Sequence record: DRR723986_791 | Length of the DNA: 55,318 nt | Direction: 5' to 3' (one strand) | Shown: one piece after another, positions 9,490-20,100 of the stretch | Numbering within the stretch: the stretch's first letter is position 1 | Layout: each line of letters opens with the position of its first letter | The notes under the pieces: generated by a model | Database searches by the model: none | Seen by the model: the letters and a program-made list of their open reading frames with translations, nothing else | Told to the model about the DNA's origin: nothing | Made by a program: the position numbers and the translations under genes

Positions 9490-10422
9490 TCAAAGCGATC
9501 CAACACAGGCCTTTACATCGGAGGCAATCTGAGTCTTCAACGCTTCCACGCTGTCAAACTTCTTGATATCGCGAACCTTCTTGAGCAGTCGGCATGACAA
9601 GGACTGGCCATACAAATCGCCACTCCAGCCAACCACGTGCACTTCGACCTTTGACTCCGAGGCGGAAAATGTTGGGTTTGGACCGATATGAACTGCACAA
9701 GGATAATCAACTCCGCCCAAGTTCGTTACCGCGGCGAAGACACCTTGCTCGGGCATAAGGACGCGAATGCCATCCAAATTAGCGGTCGGAAAACCAAGCT
9801 CACGGCCACGTTTCTCGCCTTCGTGCACGCGCCCTGAGAACTGATAGGGGGCGGACAGCATGGCGTTGGCCTGAGTGATTTCTCCAGCCCGGATCGCTTT
9901 ACGAATCCGTGTGCTCGAAATCATCTCGGCCCCACTAACGGTCGCCTCCAGCAAGCTAAGACCGATGCCGAACTTGCTAGACAGTTCTTGAAGCACCGAA
10001 CCATCGCCTTGACGATCGCGTCCAAATCGAAAATTGGGGCCCTCGGTCAGTGCTCGAGCACGCAGTTGGTCGACCAGCAGCTCTTTGAAGAATTCCCCAG
10101 GCCCCTTACTCAGTAGGCCCTTGTCCGTTCTGAGGGCGATAACAAAGTCGATGCCCAGGTCGCCCAACAACTCAGCGCGGCGTTCAAGGATGGTAAGCGG
10201 CGGCGGCAACTCAAGCTCGGGCTTGAGCACTGCGATGGGTGGCGGGTCAAATGTCACCACAACCGCTGGGGCACCCAATTCTTTGGCTTGCTGAGTTACG
10301 CGGTTGATTAACTGTCGATGGCCAAGGTGCACGCCATCAAAGTTCCCAATCGACACACTCCCACCGACTGCAGCGGTAGCCATCGAGTCGACTTCAAGGT
10401 TGTGATAGAGCAGTTCAGCCAC
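9490..10422 (-). CDS. ribF: bifunctional riboflavin kinase/FAD synthetase
   Basis: IGNFDGVHLGH, TFDPPP, GPNFRFG, ISSTRIR, GRELGFPTAN, GPNPTF, EVH; start uncertain (GTG 10422 or ATG 10383). Confidence 0.93.
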   Translation of the reverse strand: MAELLYHNLEVDSMATAAVGGSVSIGNFDGVHLGHRQLINRVTQQAKELGAPAVVVTFDPPPIAVLKPELELPPPLTILERRAELLGDLGIDFVIALRTDKGLLSKGPGEFFKELLVDQLRARALTEGPNFRFGRDRQGDGSVLQELSSKFGIGLSLLEATVSGAEMISSTRIRKAIRAGEITQANAMLSAPYQFSGRVHEGEKRGRELGFPTANLDGIRVLMPEQGVFAAVTNLGGVDYPCAVHIGPNPTFSASESKVEVHVVGWSGDLYGQSLSCRLLKKVRDIKKFDSVEALKTQIASDVKACVGSL

Positions 10423-10615
10423 GATCAGTCCAGTTTGGCGCCGTTTGCGAGGGCCCACGATCTGAAATGCACATTCGGGACCACTGATTAATTCGACGAC
10501 TGATGCAGCGGGGACAGGAATATACCGCTCGCGTTCCAGTATTTCGAAGAACGCCACTTTTGCCCATCGTTACTAGATTCGCAAGATCTATTGCCCGGCC
10601 AATGCCCGATTCCCC

Positions 10616-11476
10616 CTAAAGGCCCGAAATCGCCTTCGGCAGATAGTCGATAAGTGTTGTTGGGGGTACCACAAAATGCCCCGTCTCTTCTTCGGCCACC
10701 TCGCCTGCCAACCCATGCACATGGACGGCGAATCGAGCGGCGTCAAGAATCGGCAGCCCTTGGCAGACAGCGGCGGCAACGACGCCGGTCAGCACGTCGC
10801 CACTGCCTCCGGTCGCCATCGCTGGTGTCCCAGTGCTGTTGAAGACCTGATTTTCTCCGTCGGTAATCAAGGTGCCGGGCCCCTTAAGAACGACCACGGC
10901 CCGCGACTGCTTGGCAAATTGAACCGCGGCCGCAATCTGACCATCGCGATCACCTGCCGGCACGCCTGATAATCTGGCCCATTCACCTGGGTGCGGAGTC
11001 AGTACAACCTGTTTGGTTTCGAAGAGCTTCGCCAGCCCCAGCAACTCATGGGCATCCGCCAAGTTGTTTAAGCCGTCTGCATCGACGATCAGGGGACACT
11101 CCGCTTGCGCGACTACTTCGGAAACAAACTGTTGCAACTTAGAAGAGCGACCCAGTCCTGGACCGATCGCAACGCAGTTTGATTCCTGCAGGAGTTCTGG
11201 AACACTCGTGCCAACAGGACTGTTCAGCGACGCAAGCCTACCTTGGTCGTCACATTCAAGCGGAACAGTCATGTAGCATGGACTATAGGCAGCAACCGTC
11301 TCCAAGCAACAATCGGCTGTCGCAATCTTGACCAGCCCGGCACCAGTGTTGACGGCTGCCATGCCAGACAAAGCGATCGAACCACTCAAGCCCCGACTTC
11401 CGCCAATCAAGAGCAAACGCCCGAACGTTCCCTTATGACTAGCTGAGTCACGCGGCCCCAGGCGTGGAATATCCAT
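10616..11476 (-). CDS. nnrD: ADP-dependent NAD(P)H-hydrate dehydratase (stand-alone YjeF C-terminal domain)
   Basis: HKGTFGRLLLIGGS, GAGLV, AIGPGLG, VDADGL, LTPHPGE, LKGPGT, ATGGSGDVLTG. Confidence 0.92.
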   Translation of the reverse strand: MDIPRLGPRDSASHKGTFGRLLLIGGSRGLSGSIALSGMAAVNTGAGLVKIATADCCLETVAAYSPCYMTVPLECDDQGRLASLNSPVGTSVPELLQESNCVAIGPGLGRSSKLQQFVSEVVAQAECPLIVDADGLNNLADAHELLGLAKLFETKQVVLTPHPGEWARLSGVPAGDRDGQIAAAVQFAKQSRAVVVLKGPGTLITDGENQVFNSTGTPAMATGGSGDVLTGVVAAAVCQGLPILDAARFAVHVHGLAGEVAEEETGHFVVPPTTLIDYLPKAISGL

Positions 11477-11557
11477 ATTACAATTGCTTTACTGCAGAGT
11501 AGATAAACGAGCCAGACTTGTCTCAGGCAAACATATTAGCAATCCGAGATCCGTTCA

Positions 11558-12523
11558 ATGAATGACATCGGCCCACCTGCACCAAACGAAGAAGACACAC
11601 CATCGGAGTTTGCTCAGATTCTGTCGGCCGTTCGAGAGACACAGCAGCAAATCACAAACATCGACCTGCGTCGCAACGCTTGGTCAAGCTATGTCCACTT
11701 AATCGTTGGCTTCGTAATCCTGGCAATTTACTTGCCGAGCCTAACAGGTTCGATAGGCGAGTTTATTGGCCTTGGGCTGCTCGCCGGAGCAATGACGACC
11801 GCATCCATTGTACACGCCCTTGGGCTTCGACCGGCGTCCCAACGCTGGCTGCTGTCGTTGTACTGCGTTCTGGCAATCATCGTGACAGCTTCCTCGACAG
11901 GGATTATCGCTGCAGAATTGGAGATCCTCATGTGGATAGCATATTTCTGTTTGGGCGCTACTGCCGCCGCATTTCCAACTGGCATGTGGCTGAAGGCGAT
12001 GATAATGCCTCCCGATCAACCGATTCGAATACGGCAATTTTCTATTTCCTCGATCCTCTTCTTCACGGCAACGACCGCAATGCTCCTGGGGATGACGATG
12101 TGGATGCAACGCGTGGGGAGCCTCAACGACACCTTCTTCGAAGAATCTTTGCTAGTTGCGATTTTGATCTGCACAGCCTACGGCGGCATTTCTGGATTCA
12201 TCGGCACCGTTGCCTGGGCCTACTCGGGCCTACGTCCCGGAGTGATTAACTCGTTAGCTGCATTCGCTCTATTGGTGTCCCTCCAGCTCTTCGCCAATGG
12301 AATCTATTCTTACTGCATCTACGGGACCCATTCAGACCCATCGGCGGTTCAGATCAACCTTGAAGTGGTCTTCGTCCACGTCGTCGTCACACTCACCCAA
12401 TCATCCACTCTGGTGATAGCCGCGCTGGTATTGCGTGGAAGTGGCCACCGAGCATCCGGCTCGCCCAGAATGAAGACTCGCGGCCCGGCGCATCCAGAAA
12501 ACGACGATGCGATTTTTGCTTGA
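11558..12523 (+). CDS. multi-pass membrane protein, hypothetical
   Basis: About 8 hydrophobic segments; central RQFSISSILFFT motif of the 'QFSL..L' type common in planctomycete membrane proteins. Confidence 0.75.
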   Translation: MNDIGPPAPNEEDTPSEFAQILSAVRETQQQITNIDLRRNAWSSYVHLIVGFVILAIYLPSLTGSIGEFIGLGLLAGAMTTASIVHALGLRPASQRWLLSLYCVLAIIVTASSTGIIAAELEILMWIAYFCLGATAAAFPTGMWLKAMIMPPDQPIRIRQFSISSILFFTATTAMLLGMTMWMQRVGSLNDTFFEESLLVAILICTAYGGISGFIGTVAWAYSGLRPGVINSLAAFALLVSLQLFANGIYSYCIYGTHSDPSAVQINLEVVFVHVVVTLTQSSTLVIAALVLRGSGHRASGSPRMKTRGPAHPENDDAIFA

Positions 12524-12667
12524 GGTAACGAAGCGGCATCCATGTTGCTTGCATTGAATCGGCCTTCAACGGCGACTGCCTGGGCTGCTACGCTTCTGGC
12601 GAAGGCTATCATCGCCTGATGACGTAGCCACTCGCCGATCGACCGTACTGCCGCAGTGCAACCTGCC

Positions 12668-13342
12668 ATGAAACATCCGCATCCCCTCTCACTTGTCCTC
12701 GCCCTTTCATGCATCTTTACGGCCGGATGCGCCGACATACTGAAGAGTCGGTATGCGATGGAGGATCCGGTCTATGCTGCAAAGTACGAAGAGGGAGCTG
12801 CCAAGACACAACCACTGAAGAAGCTCAAACAGGCCGTCGATGCGCGCTATGTTGAGGGCCTTGAGGGTGGCTACTTTTCCGGTGGGACCCAGTGGCGCAA
12901 CAAATCGCAAAGCACGCTCGCCGGTGCAGAACTTGGTTACGAAACCTATCCAGCTAGTTGGCTAAGTGCGCGTACGGCTTTCGCTGGCTATATTGGCCCA
13001 GATGATTGGTATGCAGGTGCAGACACGGGACTGCGCCTGCAACTCCCAACGCGACTCACTCCGTTCGTTGGAGTCGGCATGTTCCACGGCCTTTCGACGA
13101 CAATCGTCGATGCGACCGATGATGGAATTGACAATGATGATGACCAGTTCATCGATGAGAATGGCGAGCAAGACATTGATTTTGATGGCTGGCTCAGCGC
13201 GGTGTATCCTGAAGTAGGTGTTCACTTCTGGGCAACCGGCCACGGTCGTCTTACTGGCTTTGCTCGATACATGGTGACTAGCGAAGGCCGGGACACCGAC
13301 GATTGGCTCGCCGGCGTCCAGTTTACTGCATTTGGGCGATAG
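12668..13342 (+). CDS. putative lipoprotein with beta-strand-rich body and an Asp-rich loop
   Basis: Lipobox FTAG-C after a hydrophobic stretch; alternating aromatic/Gly strands; DATDDGIDNDDDQFIDE. Confidence 0.75.
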   Translation: MKHPHPLSLVLALSCIFTAGCADILKSRYAMEDPVYAAKYEEGAAKTQPLKKLKQAVDARYVEGLEGGYFSGGTQWRNKSQSTLAGAELGYETYPASWLSARTAFAGYIGPDDWYAGADTGLRLQLPTRLTPFVGVGMFHGLSTTIVDATDDGIDNDDDQFIDENGEQDIDFDGWLSAVYPEVGVHFWATGHGRLTGFARYMVTSEGRDTDDWLAGVQFTAFGR

Positions 13343-13397
13343 CCCGCCGCAGAAGATCTGCAGACGGACTTGTATGCCCAGGTTCACCACTGCGATC

Positions 13398-15458
13398 TTA
13401 CTTTTTCAACAAGTACTCGCTGCGCTCTTTTGCAAACTTGCGATACGACATAGCTTCCGACTCGTCCATCTCGGACGTGGTAGCTGCTTTGAACGCATCG
13501 TAGGTGCTCCGCATTCGGACATCCGTTTTTACGATCGGATCAATCAAATCACGACTCGTTTCGACCAACGGTCCAAGATTGTCCCAGTCCAGTGACTCAG
13601 TAGCGATCTGCTTGATGTAGCCCATGTAGCGCTCTTGTAGTTCTGGTATCGCCAGCAGCCGCTTCCTGAGAATCATGCGGTCGCTATCGACGGCAATCAT
13701 CGGATCCAAGTCGACGCCTCCATGCCCTGGCCCGCCTCTGCCACCTGGGCCACCTGGGCCACCAGGGCCGCCAGGGCCGCCGGGGCCACCAGGTCCGCCG
13801 GGGCCACCAGGTCCGCCGGGGCCGCCAGGTCCGCCTGGGCCTCGACGTCCGCCGCGTCCTTGTTGACCACGCTGATCATCACCTTCAGGGCCACCTCGAC
13901 CGCGTCGCCCACGAGCCTGACGTTCGCCTTGGGCACCGCGCTGACCTTCCTCAGCAACGTCACCACCGGGTCGCTGAGGCAGATTGCGTCGACCTTGTTG
14001 AGGTTCACCGCCTTCGGGAGGAGGCCCGAAGAGACCGCCAAAGAAACTTCCCCCGGGAGGTGGTCCGTCAAACCCTCGTCCTCCACCGGGACCTCCGCGT
14101 CCTCGTCCGCCACCTGGGCCACCTGGGCCGCCTGGGCCATGCGAGGCAACTGCAAACGCTTCATTCATGTCGTGCGGGAACAAGTGAAATTTGCCATCGG
14201 CATCTCGGAAGATGCTGTAGTCGCTTGATCGTGTCCAGTAGCCGTCGCTGTTGACCAGGGCTACATCCAAAGCAAGAAAACGCAGTGCGTTGTCAATATC
14301 CAAGATGGGCTCCAGTTCAGCAACGAGCTCATCGTCCGGAGTCTCCGTCAACACTCGACACAGCTCGATCAGAGCCTTCCATTCCTCCTCGCCATCATCT
14401 GATTTCATCTCATAGCGAGTGTCATACAAACTGATATCATCGCCCAGATAACGAAGGCCTCCATCAGCATTTGGATTCCCGCTCACCTTCCAGCGCGTGC
14501 CTTTCGACGAATCGAAGTGCTCCTTGAGGAAGTTCTTATTGAACTGCTGAACATTCACAAACGTGCCCCAGCTTTCGCCGTTGATTACCACATGCACCAA
14601 ATTGGCCTTAGGTGCAGGTGTAAACTGGTTTGCGATGTGCGAGTAAATAACACTGCTCATCAACGATGGGTCGCCGTTGCAGTTAAGCAGATTCAGTGTC
14701 TTGTAGCCGTATAGCCGCTGGTCTTCATCCGCCAAATCCATGGACACATTGAACGAACGTTTGCTGCCTCGGCTAACGTGGTGATATGACGACATACCTC
14801 GAAATCGCATGCCAACGTTTGGATACAGCTCTCCATCGACGGTCAATTGTGCCGCGACATCGACGTCCGTATTGTGGAAATCCTCTAGCTCTTCTTCCCA
14901 ACCATCGTTGTCGAATTCGAAGAACATCGTCCGCAGGATAGACGTATCAAACAGTTCGTTATCGGGATAAGATTCGACGCTTTCCGGTTTGACAGTTGGG
15001 CCAGATGTAGCGCCCTGCGTGTCACCTTCCGGTGCATCTCCTGGATTCCCGAAACCAGGAGGTCCAAAACCAGGTGGCCCGCCGCCAGGGCGACCGCCGC
15101 GTCCGCCACGCGAGCCGGTTTGCGCGGCCTTCTCTTTGGCTACCGGCCGAGCCGCCTTGCGTTCATCTTCTTCCAACCAGCCATTGTCGTTCTTGTCAAA
15201 TTCTTCCAAGATCTCAAGCTTGGGTTCACTTCCGGGACCACCGCCGCCACCGGGACCGCCACCCCCAGGACCGCCGAAACCTCCTCTGCCACCGGGGCCG
15301 CCTCTTCCGCCAGGGCCACCTTGTCCAGGAGGCCCCTGCCCAAATCGGTCTTGACCGAATCGATCTTGACCACCCGGCGGCTGAGCATAGGTCAATGCAA
15401 CGACTGTTGCGGACAGCCCTGACATAAGCAGGCCGCCAAAGAGGAGCGTCTTTTTCAT
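13398..15458 (-). CDS. secreted CotH-family kinase with an EF-hand and Gly/Pro-rich insertions
   Basis: Signal peptide; DKNDNGWLEEDE EF-hand; VGMRFRGMSS, KRSFNV, VVINGESWG, DGYW..SDY, PHDMNEAF; GGAG RBS. Confidence 0.9.
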   Translation of the reverse strand: MKKTLLFGGLLMSGLSATVVALTYAQPPGGQDRFGQDRFGQGPPGQGGPGGRGGPGGRGGFGGPGGGGPGGGGGPGSEPKLEILEEFDKNDNGWLEEDERKAARPVAKEKAAQTGSRGGRGGRPGGGPPGFGPPGFGNPGDAPEGDTQGATSGPTVKPESVESYPDNELFDTSILRTMFFEFDNDGWEEELEDFHNTDVDVAAQLTVDGELYPNVGMRFRGMSSYHHVSRGSKRSFNVSMDLADEDQRLYGYKTLNLLNCNGDPSLMSSVIYSHIANQFTPAPKANLVHVVINGESWGTFVNVQQFNKNFLKEHFDSSKGTRWKVSGNPNADGGLRYLGDDISLYDTRYEMKSDDGEEEWKALIELCRVLTETPDDELVAELEPILDIDNALRFLALDVALVNSDGYWTRSSDYSIFRDADGKFHLFPHDMNEAFAVASHGPGGPGGPGGGRGRGGPGGGRGFDGPPPGGSFFGGLFGPPPEGGEPQQGRRNLPQRPGGDVAEEGQRGAQGERQARGRRGRGGPEGDDQRGQQGRGGRRGPGGPGGPGGPGGPGGPGGPGGPGGPGGPGGPGGRGGPGHGGVDLDPMIAVDSDRMILRKRLLAIPELQERYMGYIKQIATESLDWDNLGPLVETSRDLIDPIVKTDVRMRSTYDAFKAATTSEMDESEAMSYRKFAKERSEYLLKK
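13740..13838 (-). repeat. in-frame 9-bp tandem repeat encoding (Pro-Gly-Gly)x11 within the CotH gene
   Basis: 11 units of the gccacctgg/gccgccagg/tccgccggg type with synonymous variation. Confidence 0.92.
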
Positions 15459-15514
15459 GGTATTCTCCAGAGAGATTGACGAGGTTCTTCGTTTGTTTTG
15501 TAGGAAAGTAAGTA

Positions 15515-16207
15515 CTAGCGCCGAAGTTCAACGCTGCGGACTCCGTCGAGAAGATTCAACCGGTTCAACAGGTCTGCCGGACTGGCGCCCTCGACCAAGC
15601 GAACTCGATAGATCAGATCTAGAGACGCCCCCTGTTTACTGGTCGCACCTGAGACGAGCTCGTGTTCAGAAAGCAGCTCCGAGAACACGGGCGCGAACGC
15701 CTGTTTCGGATCACGACCAATGCCAATCCGGATGCGAAGTCGCCGATCCAACGGGTTCCGCACCGGCGATTTCGCGCCAGAGGCCGGTGGTCGAACCAAC
15801 AAAGCCGCTGCACCGGTGACGCCAATGCCGACAACAGCAACCGGCAAACGATTGGCTCCAACCGCCATACCGACTAGGACTGCAAATATGACGAATGTGA
15901 TGTCGTGCGTATCATCAACTGCGGTACGAAACCGGACGATCGAAAGTGCGCCGACCAATCCGAATGCCCAGGCAACATTTTCACCGATGACCATCGGCAG
16001 CATTGCACAAAGAATGCACAGCAGCATGAGCGTAGCGGGAAATGAAGGGACAACTTGCCCTTTAGGCCGCGCGAGGCGGTAGATCAATGCAATCACGCAG
16101 CCGCAAAGAAACGCCAATCCCAGTTGCACCGCCATGCTCGTGGCTTCATCCCAACCATCAAGCAGGGGACCTGCACTATCACCAGTGCTACTCAACCACT
16201 CAGGCAT
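15515..16207 (-). CDS. DUF4956 family membrane protein (MgtC-like TM domain + ACT-like C-terminus)
   Basis: VIGENVAWAFGLVGALSIVRFRTAV.DT.DI.FVIFAV.VGMAVG signature; ATG 16207 overlaps the upstream stop codon (ATGCCTGA). Confidence 0.9.
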   Translation of the reverse strand: MPEWLSSTGDSAGPLLDGWDEATSMAVQLGLAFLCGCVIALIYRLARPKGQVVPSFPATLMLLCILCAMLPMVIGENVAWAFGLVGALSIVRFRTAVDDTHDITFVIFAVLVGMAVGANRLPVAVVGIGVTGAAALLVRPPASGAKSPVRNPLDRRLRIRIGIGRDPKQAFAPVFSELLSEHELVSGATSKQGASLDLIYRVRLVEGASPADLLNRLNLLDGVRSVELRR

Positions 16208-16952
16208 TGCCAACACCCGCTTCCGCAAGAGCTCGCTGCCACTGAACGTTGGCCCCAAGCAGTTCGGTAGAGCTTGCCGCAGCTACGACGCCCTCGCGAT
16301 AGATGCTCGTTTTCTCGGGAGACAACTGGAAATCGTAGATGAGTCGCTTGCACAGCCAATTCAGCGGCCCATCGAGCTTGAACTTGAGAATCGACGAACC
16401 AAGCTGGTAATCGGTCAAGCTGCTTGCCGCAGACTCACCGGTCGCAGGCGTGCTGGGCGAATCGCCGAAGAGCGGAAAACTAAAACGTACCGCTTCATCG
16501 AGAGTGACCGCACAGGACTGTTGACCGTCGAGCGAAAATGTCTGCCTCAGGTATCGACTGCAAAGCGTCTCGGTACAAGTCGTCGTTTGACTGCTTGCGA
16601 ACCAACCGGGCTGCCCTGCCGAGCCGCTGGCCTTGGCTTGCTTCAGGCGAACCCTGCGGCCTTTGAAAGTTTTTCGTTCGAACACTGGTTGCTGTAGATC
16701 GCTACGCCGCCGAAGTCGAAACTGGTGCTTCCGAGCACGCTTGGGCCCCAACAGAGTGTCGAGGTGATGACTGTCGAAGTAGCGGTCGCACACGCGATCA
16801 ATGCTGGAACCGCCGACTCCAGCCGACGATTGAAGGGCCGCAACGATTTCACGACCGATGGCCGAATCGACAATAAAAACCCATTCATTTCGCCACGCGT
16901 ATTTCAAATTCTCACTCCGCCAAAAGCGCCGCTGGTGCACTGAAACCGGCAA
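16200..16952 (-). CDS. divergent VTC (polyphosphate polymerase / CYTH-like) domain protein
   Basis: YFDS, FRLRR, FERKT, YLRQTF, VTLD, IL.FK, S.Y in VTC order; canonical position upstream of DUF4956 and CotH; TTG start uncertain. Confidence 0.7.
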   Translation of the reverse strand: MPVSVHQRRFWRSENLKYAWRNEWVFIVDSAIGREIVAALQSSAGVGGSSIDRVCDRYFDSHHLDTLLGPKRARKHQFRLRRRSDLQQPVFERKTFKGRRVRLKQAKASGSAGQPGWFASSQTTTCTETLCSRYLRQTFSLDGQQSCAVTLDEAVRFSFPLFGDSPSTPATGESAASSLTDYQLGSSILKFKLDGPLNWLCKRLIYDFQLSPEKTSIYREGVVAAASSTELLGANVQWQRALAEAGVGNA

Positions 16953-16974
16953 ACTTTCTTGCCGTCCACCAAGG

Positions 16975-17003
16975 AATGCGAATTCTCAAATGCGCAGGGG
17001 CCA
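16975..17003 (-). promoter_or_regulatory. putative ECF-sigma promoter TGGCCCC-N16-CGCATT for the VTC-DUF4956-CotH operon
   Basis: Same boxes, spacing and orientation as 24447-24475 upstream of the Ser/Thr kinase. Confidence 0.6.
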
Positions 17004-17183
17004 CATCCATTGCGATTTTTGACGAAAAACCGGTCGCCTGAAGCCACAGGGCGAAACGAATGGTCGTAAACCATTTGCGGCAACGATGGGCACCTTCCCA
17101 GACTAATTAAGGCATTCCGCACCCCCCCTACGAAAGTACGCTATAATCGCGTCCGCCATCTGCACACTGAATTCTGACTATTC

Positions 17184-20100
17184 ATGACCACTCAGTGGGA
17201 GCAATGGCCGCCAAGTGTAACCTGCCACATTTTCACACGGCTGAACAATCGCACGACTCGTATGAAAACCCGGGTAAGTCTCCTAAGCATGCCATTGCCG
17301 CGCCCAATGCCTAACGCTACGAAACTTCTCTGTTTCCGAACATCCGCGGGCTTTCGAACGTTCGCGGCGCTGCTACTTTGCTTTTTCTCGTCCAGCTTTT
17401 CGCGTGCCGATGACCCGGTGGACCTGCCCGTTTACGAGTATCAGCACGGCCTGATACGCAGGTGGAAGCTACTGGGCCCGTTCCCACGGGATGCGAAAAT
17501 TACCTACCAGCAGGTGAAAGACAGCCTCGAAACAGGCGAACCTATCGAGTTTGAAGGCCGACAAGTCGAGTGGTACTCTCAACGATCTCATAACGGAGTG
17601 ATGCATCTGGTCGGTGATTGTATCGAACGTGACTTCCCGCCCGGAAATGCAAAGTTCTTCGCGGCGTGTTGGTTGCAACCTTCTTCGTCAGAGGATCGCG
17701 ATTTCTATTTTGGCGCTGATGACAACGCGACGTTTTGGATCGACGACGAAGTGATGCACAACAGCCAGGGGCCGAATTGGTATCTCTGGAATGGTTTAAA
17801 ACGCGCGATCGCCCTGGAGAAGGGAAAGAAGCATCTTTGCGTTGTCGAAGCCCGCAACGAAGGCGGCTCATTCACGTTTTCAGTGGCTTCCAGCCGCGAG
17901 ATCACTGGCCGTGTTACGCACTTTAATGGGGCCACACCGCTTCAGGGTGTCGAGGTCGCTGCCGTGGATAGCGAAAAGACGCTCCTGGCCGCAGTCGCGT
18001 CGGATGCCAACGGCGAGTTCACGCTGAAGAAAATCCCCTACGAGGCAGAGATTACCTATGAATGCTCGACCGGCAAGTTCTTGCAAGAACTGTTGACCCG
18101 CGAGGACGGTTCTCAGCTTCTCGAGATTCAAACACTCCAACCGCAACAATATATCCAAGAAGTAGCCCTACCACTGGGGCGCGTGCCCAAACGCCCAGTA
18201 ACCGCGATCTGCCCCTTGGACGATGGCGGAATTGTGTTCGCGCTCGACCACGAACCAACTGTTTACGCGCTCTACGGCGATCGCGTCGATAAGCTCTTTA
18301 CGTTCGACTCAACGCATCGCGCGAGGGTTTCGCAGATCCTTGTCGTTGGCGAAAACAAACTGGCCATCATCGTAGACAAACGCTTGCGTCTGGCTACTCT
18401 CAATGATGATTCCACGTACACAGTCAGCGAGCTTGCAATCCCGTCAGTGGAAACGAACTTGGAACGCTTTGTCGAATGCGCTACCCTTGACCAGCAAGGG
18501 AACCTTTGGTGCTGCACAACAGAAGTCACCGAGGGCGATGACGCAGACAATGCAACAGAAGATGACGATATTTTCACCATCCACCAATATGGTGAAAACC
18601 TCCAACACGTCGCCTCACACACAATGCCCTTTCGGTGCATATCCATGTGCTGCACCGACAGCAAGCTCATCGCAACGAGCAGATGGGGCTCGACAGTTTC
18701 CATTGACTTCGAGACCAACGAAATCCAGGAACGCAAAGGGCCCGGCGAGTATACGTCCCAAATCATTATCTCGGACGCCGGCAGGCTAGCCCTTATTCTT
18801 AGCGCTTCAGTCGCGACGGCGGTACCAGATGAAGCTTGGCAGATCACATCAGCTTATTCGGGGATATCAACACCAGGCAACCGCGGGGCTTTCTTGGGCG
18901 ATGACCTGTTTTTTGTTCTCAACAACAAGATACTTCTACATCAAGGCCGCACTTTTCGGCAGATCCAGGGATCAGAGAGAACGCTGTGTGTAGCGTCAAC
19001 AGACACTGCGCTTTTATGCGGGATGAGCAACGGCACCATTCTTCGGATCCGCAAAGCGCCGTACCGACGATTTGGAATTGAATATGGGCTCGCTTTTCAG
19101 CCGACGACACGAGTCATCGCCGACGAAAACGCGCTCCAAGTATTTAGCGCGGAGAACTTGTGCAGTGTGTCTCTGGCACGCGACGGAACGGTCACCCAAA
19201 CTTTTGGGAAGCACGGAGTACCTGTATTCATGCGCGATGGGACGACTCTTCGATTCGGCAGCCACGCTCACTTCCAACGCCGAATGACAGCGGTCGTACA
19301 ATACATTTTGCTCGAGAACGCCGATGGCGAAACCCAACGACTCAATCTCGGCTGGGACGTCGGTGAGACTATCCTCAATACCATTGAACTGGACGACGGG
19401 CAGGTTCTCATCGGCACTGAGAATCGGATGCACCTATTTGATCTGCACGGGCTCAGCGTCGAAACTCTCTCCGGCGACTCCGAATTTGACTCTATGGCTC
19501 GAAGCGGAACCTCTGCTTTCTATCAGGCGGACGATTCTACCCTCTATGCTGGCAGTCTGGACGGCGGCGTCTTCCAGGTGGACTTAGCCAAGGGCACCGC
19601 TCAGAAGTTACTGAGTATTGAAAGCGACGATCCTTCCATCACAGCGTTACACCTGATCGACAGCCGGCGCCTTTTGGTCGGCACCGTGGGTGGGGCCTTC
19701 GAACTCAATCTGGACCAGAGAACGTACGAACCCTTTTCGGACGATGTGATCGGCAAGGCAAGTATTCAAGAGTTCCTGTCTACTACCGATGGTCTTCTCT
19801 ACGTCGCAAGTCTCGATGCCGGCATATTTTCTAACTACAAGGGGGTCACGGTACCGCTGGAAGGCCTGCCAGCACTTCACAACGCCGAAATCGTTGATAT
19901 TCATCTAGGCCCCAAGGAAGAGCTGATCATTGGAACCACCGGAGGAGTACTTGAGTACCATCCAACCGAATCGCTACCACGACTTTGGCTAACAAGTCTT
20001 GAAGTCGACGGCTCTCAGACGAGCCTTCAAGCAACGAGTGAACTTGAAGAAGGCAGCAGTCTCAATTTGGGCCTTTCCACCGATGCACCAAATCGCATTT

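Noticed and set aside
13675-13866. Collagen-like (PPG)n ORF on the + strand
   Set aside because: It is the antisense reading of the (PGG)11 tract inside the CotH gene, with no independent RBS or signal
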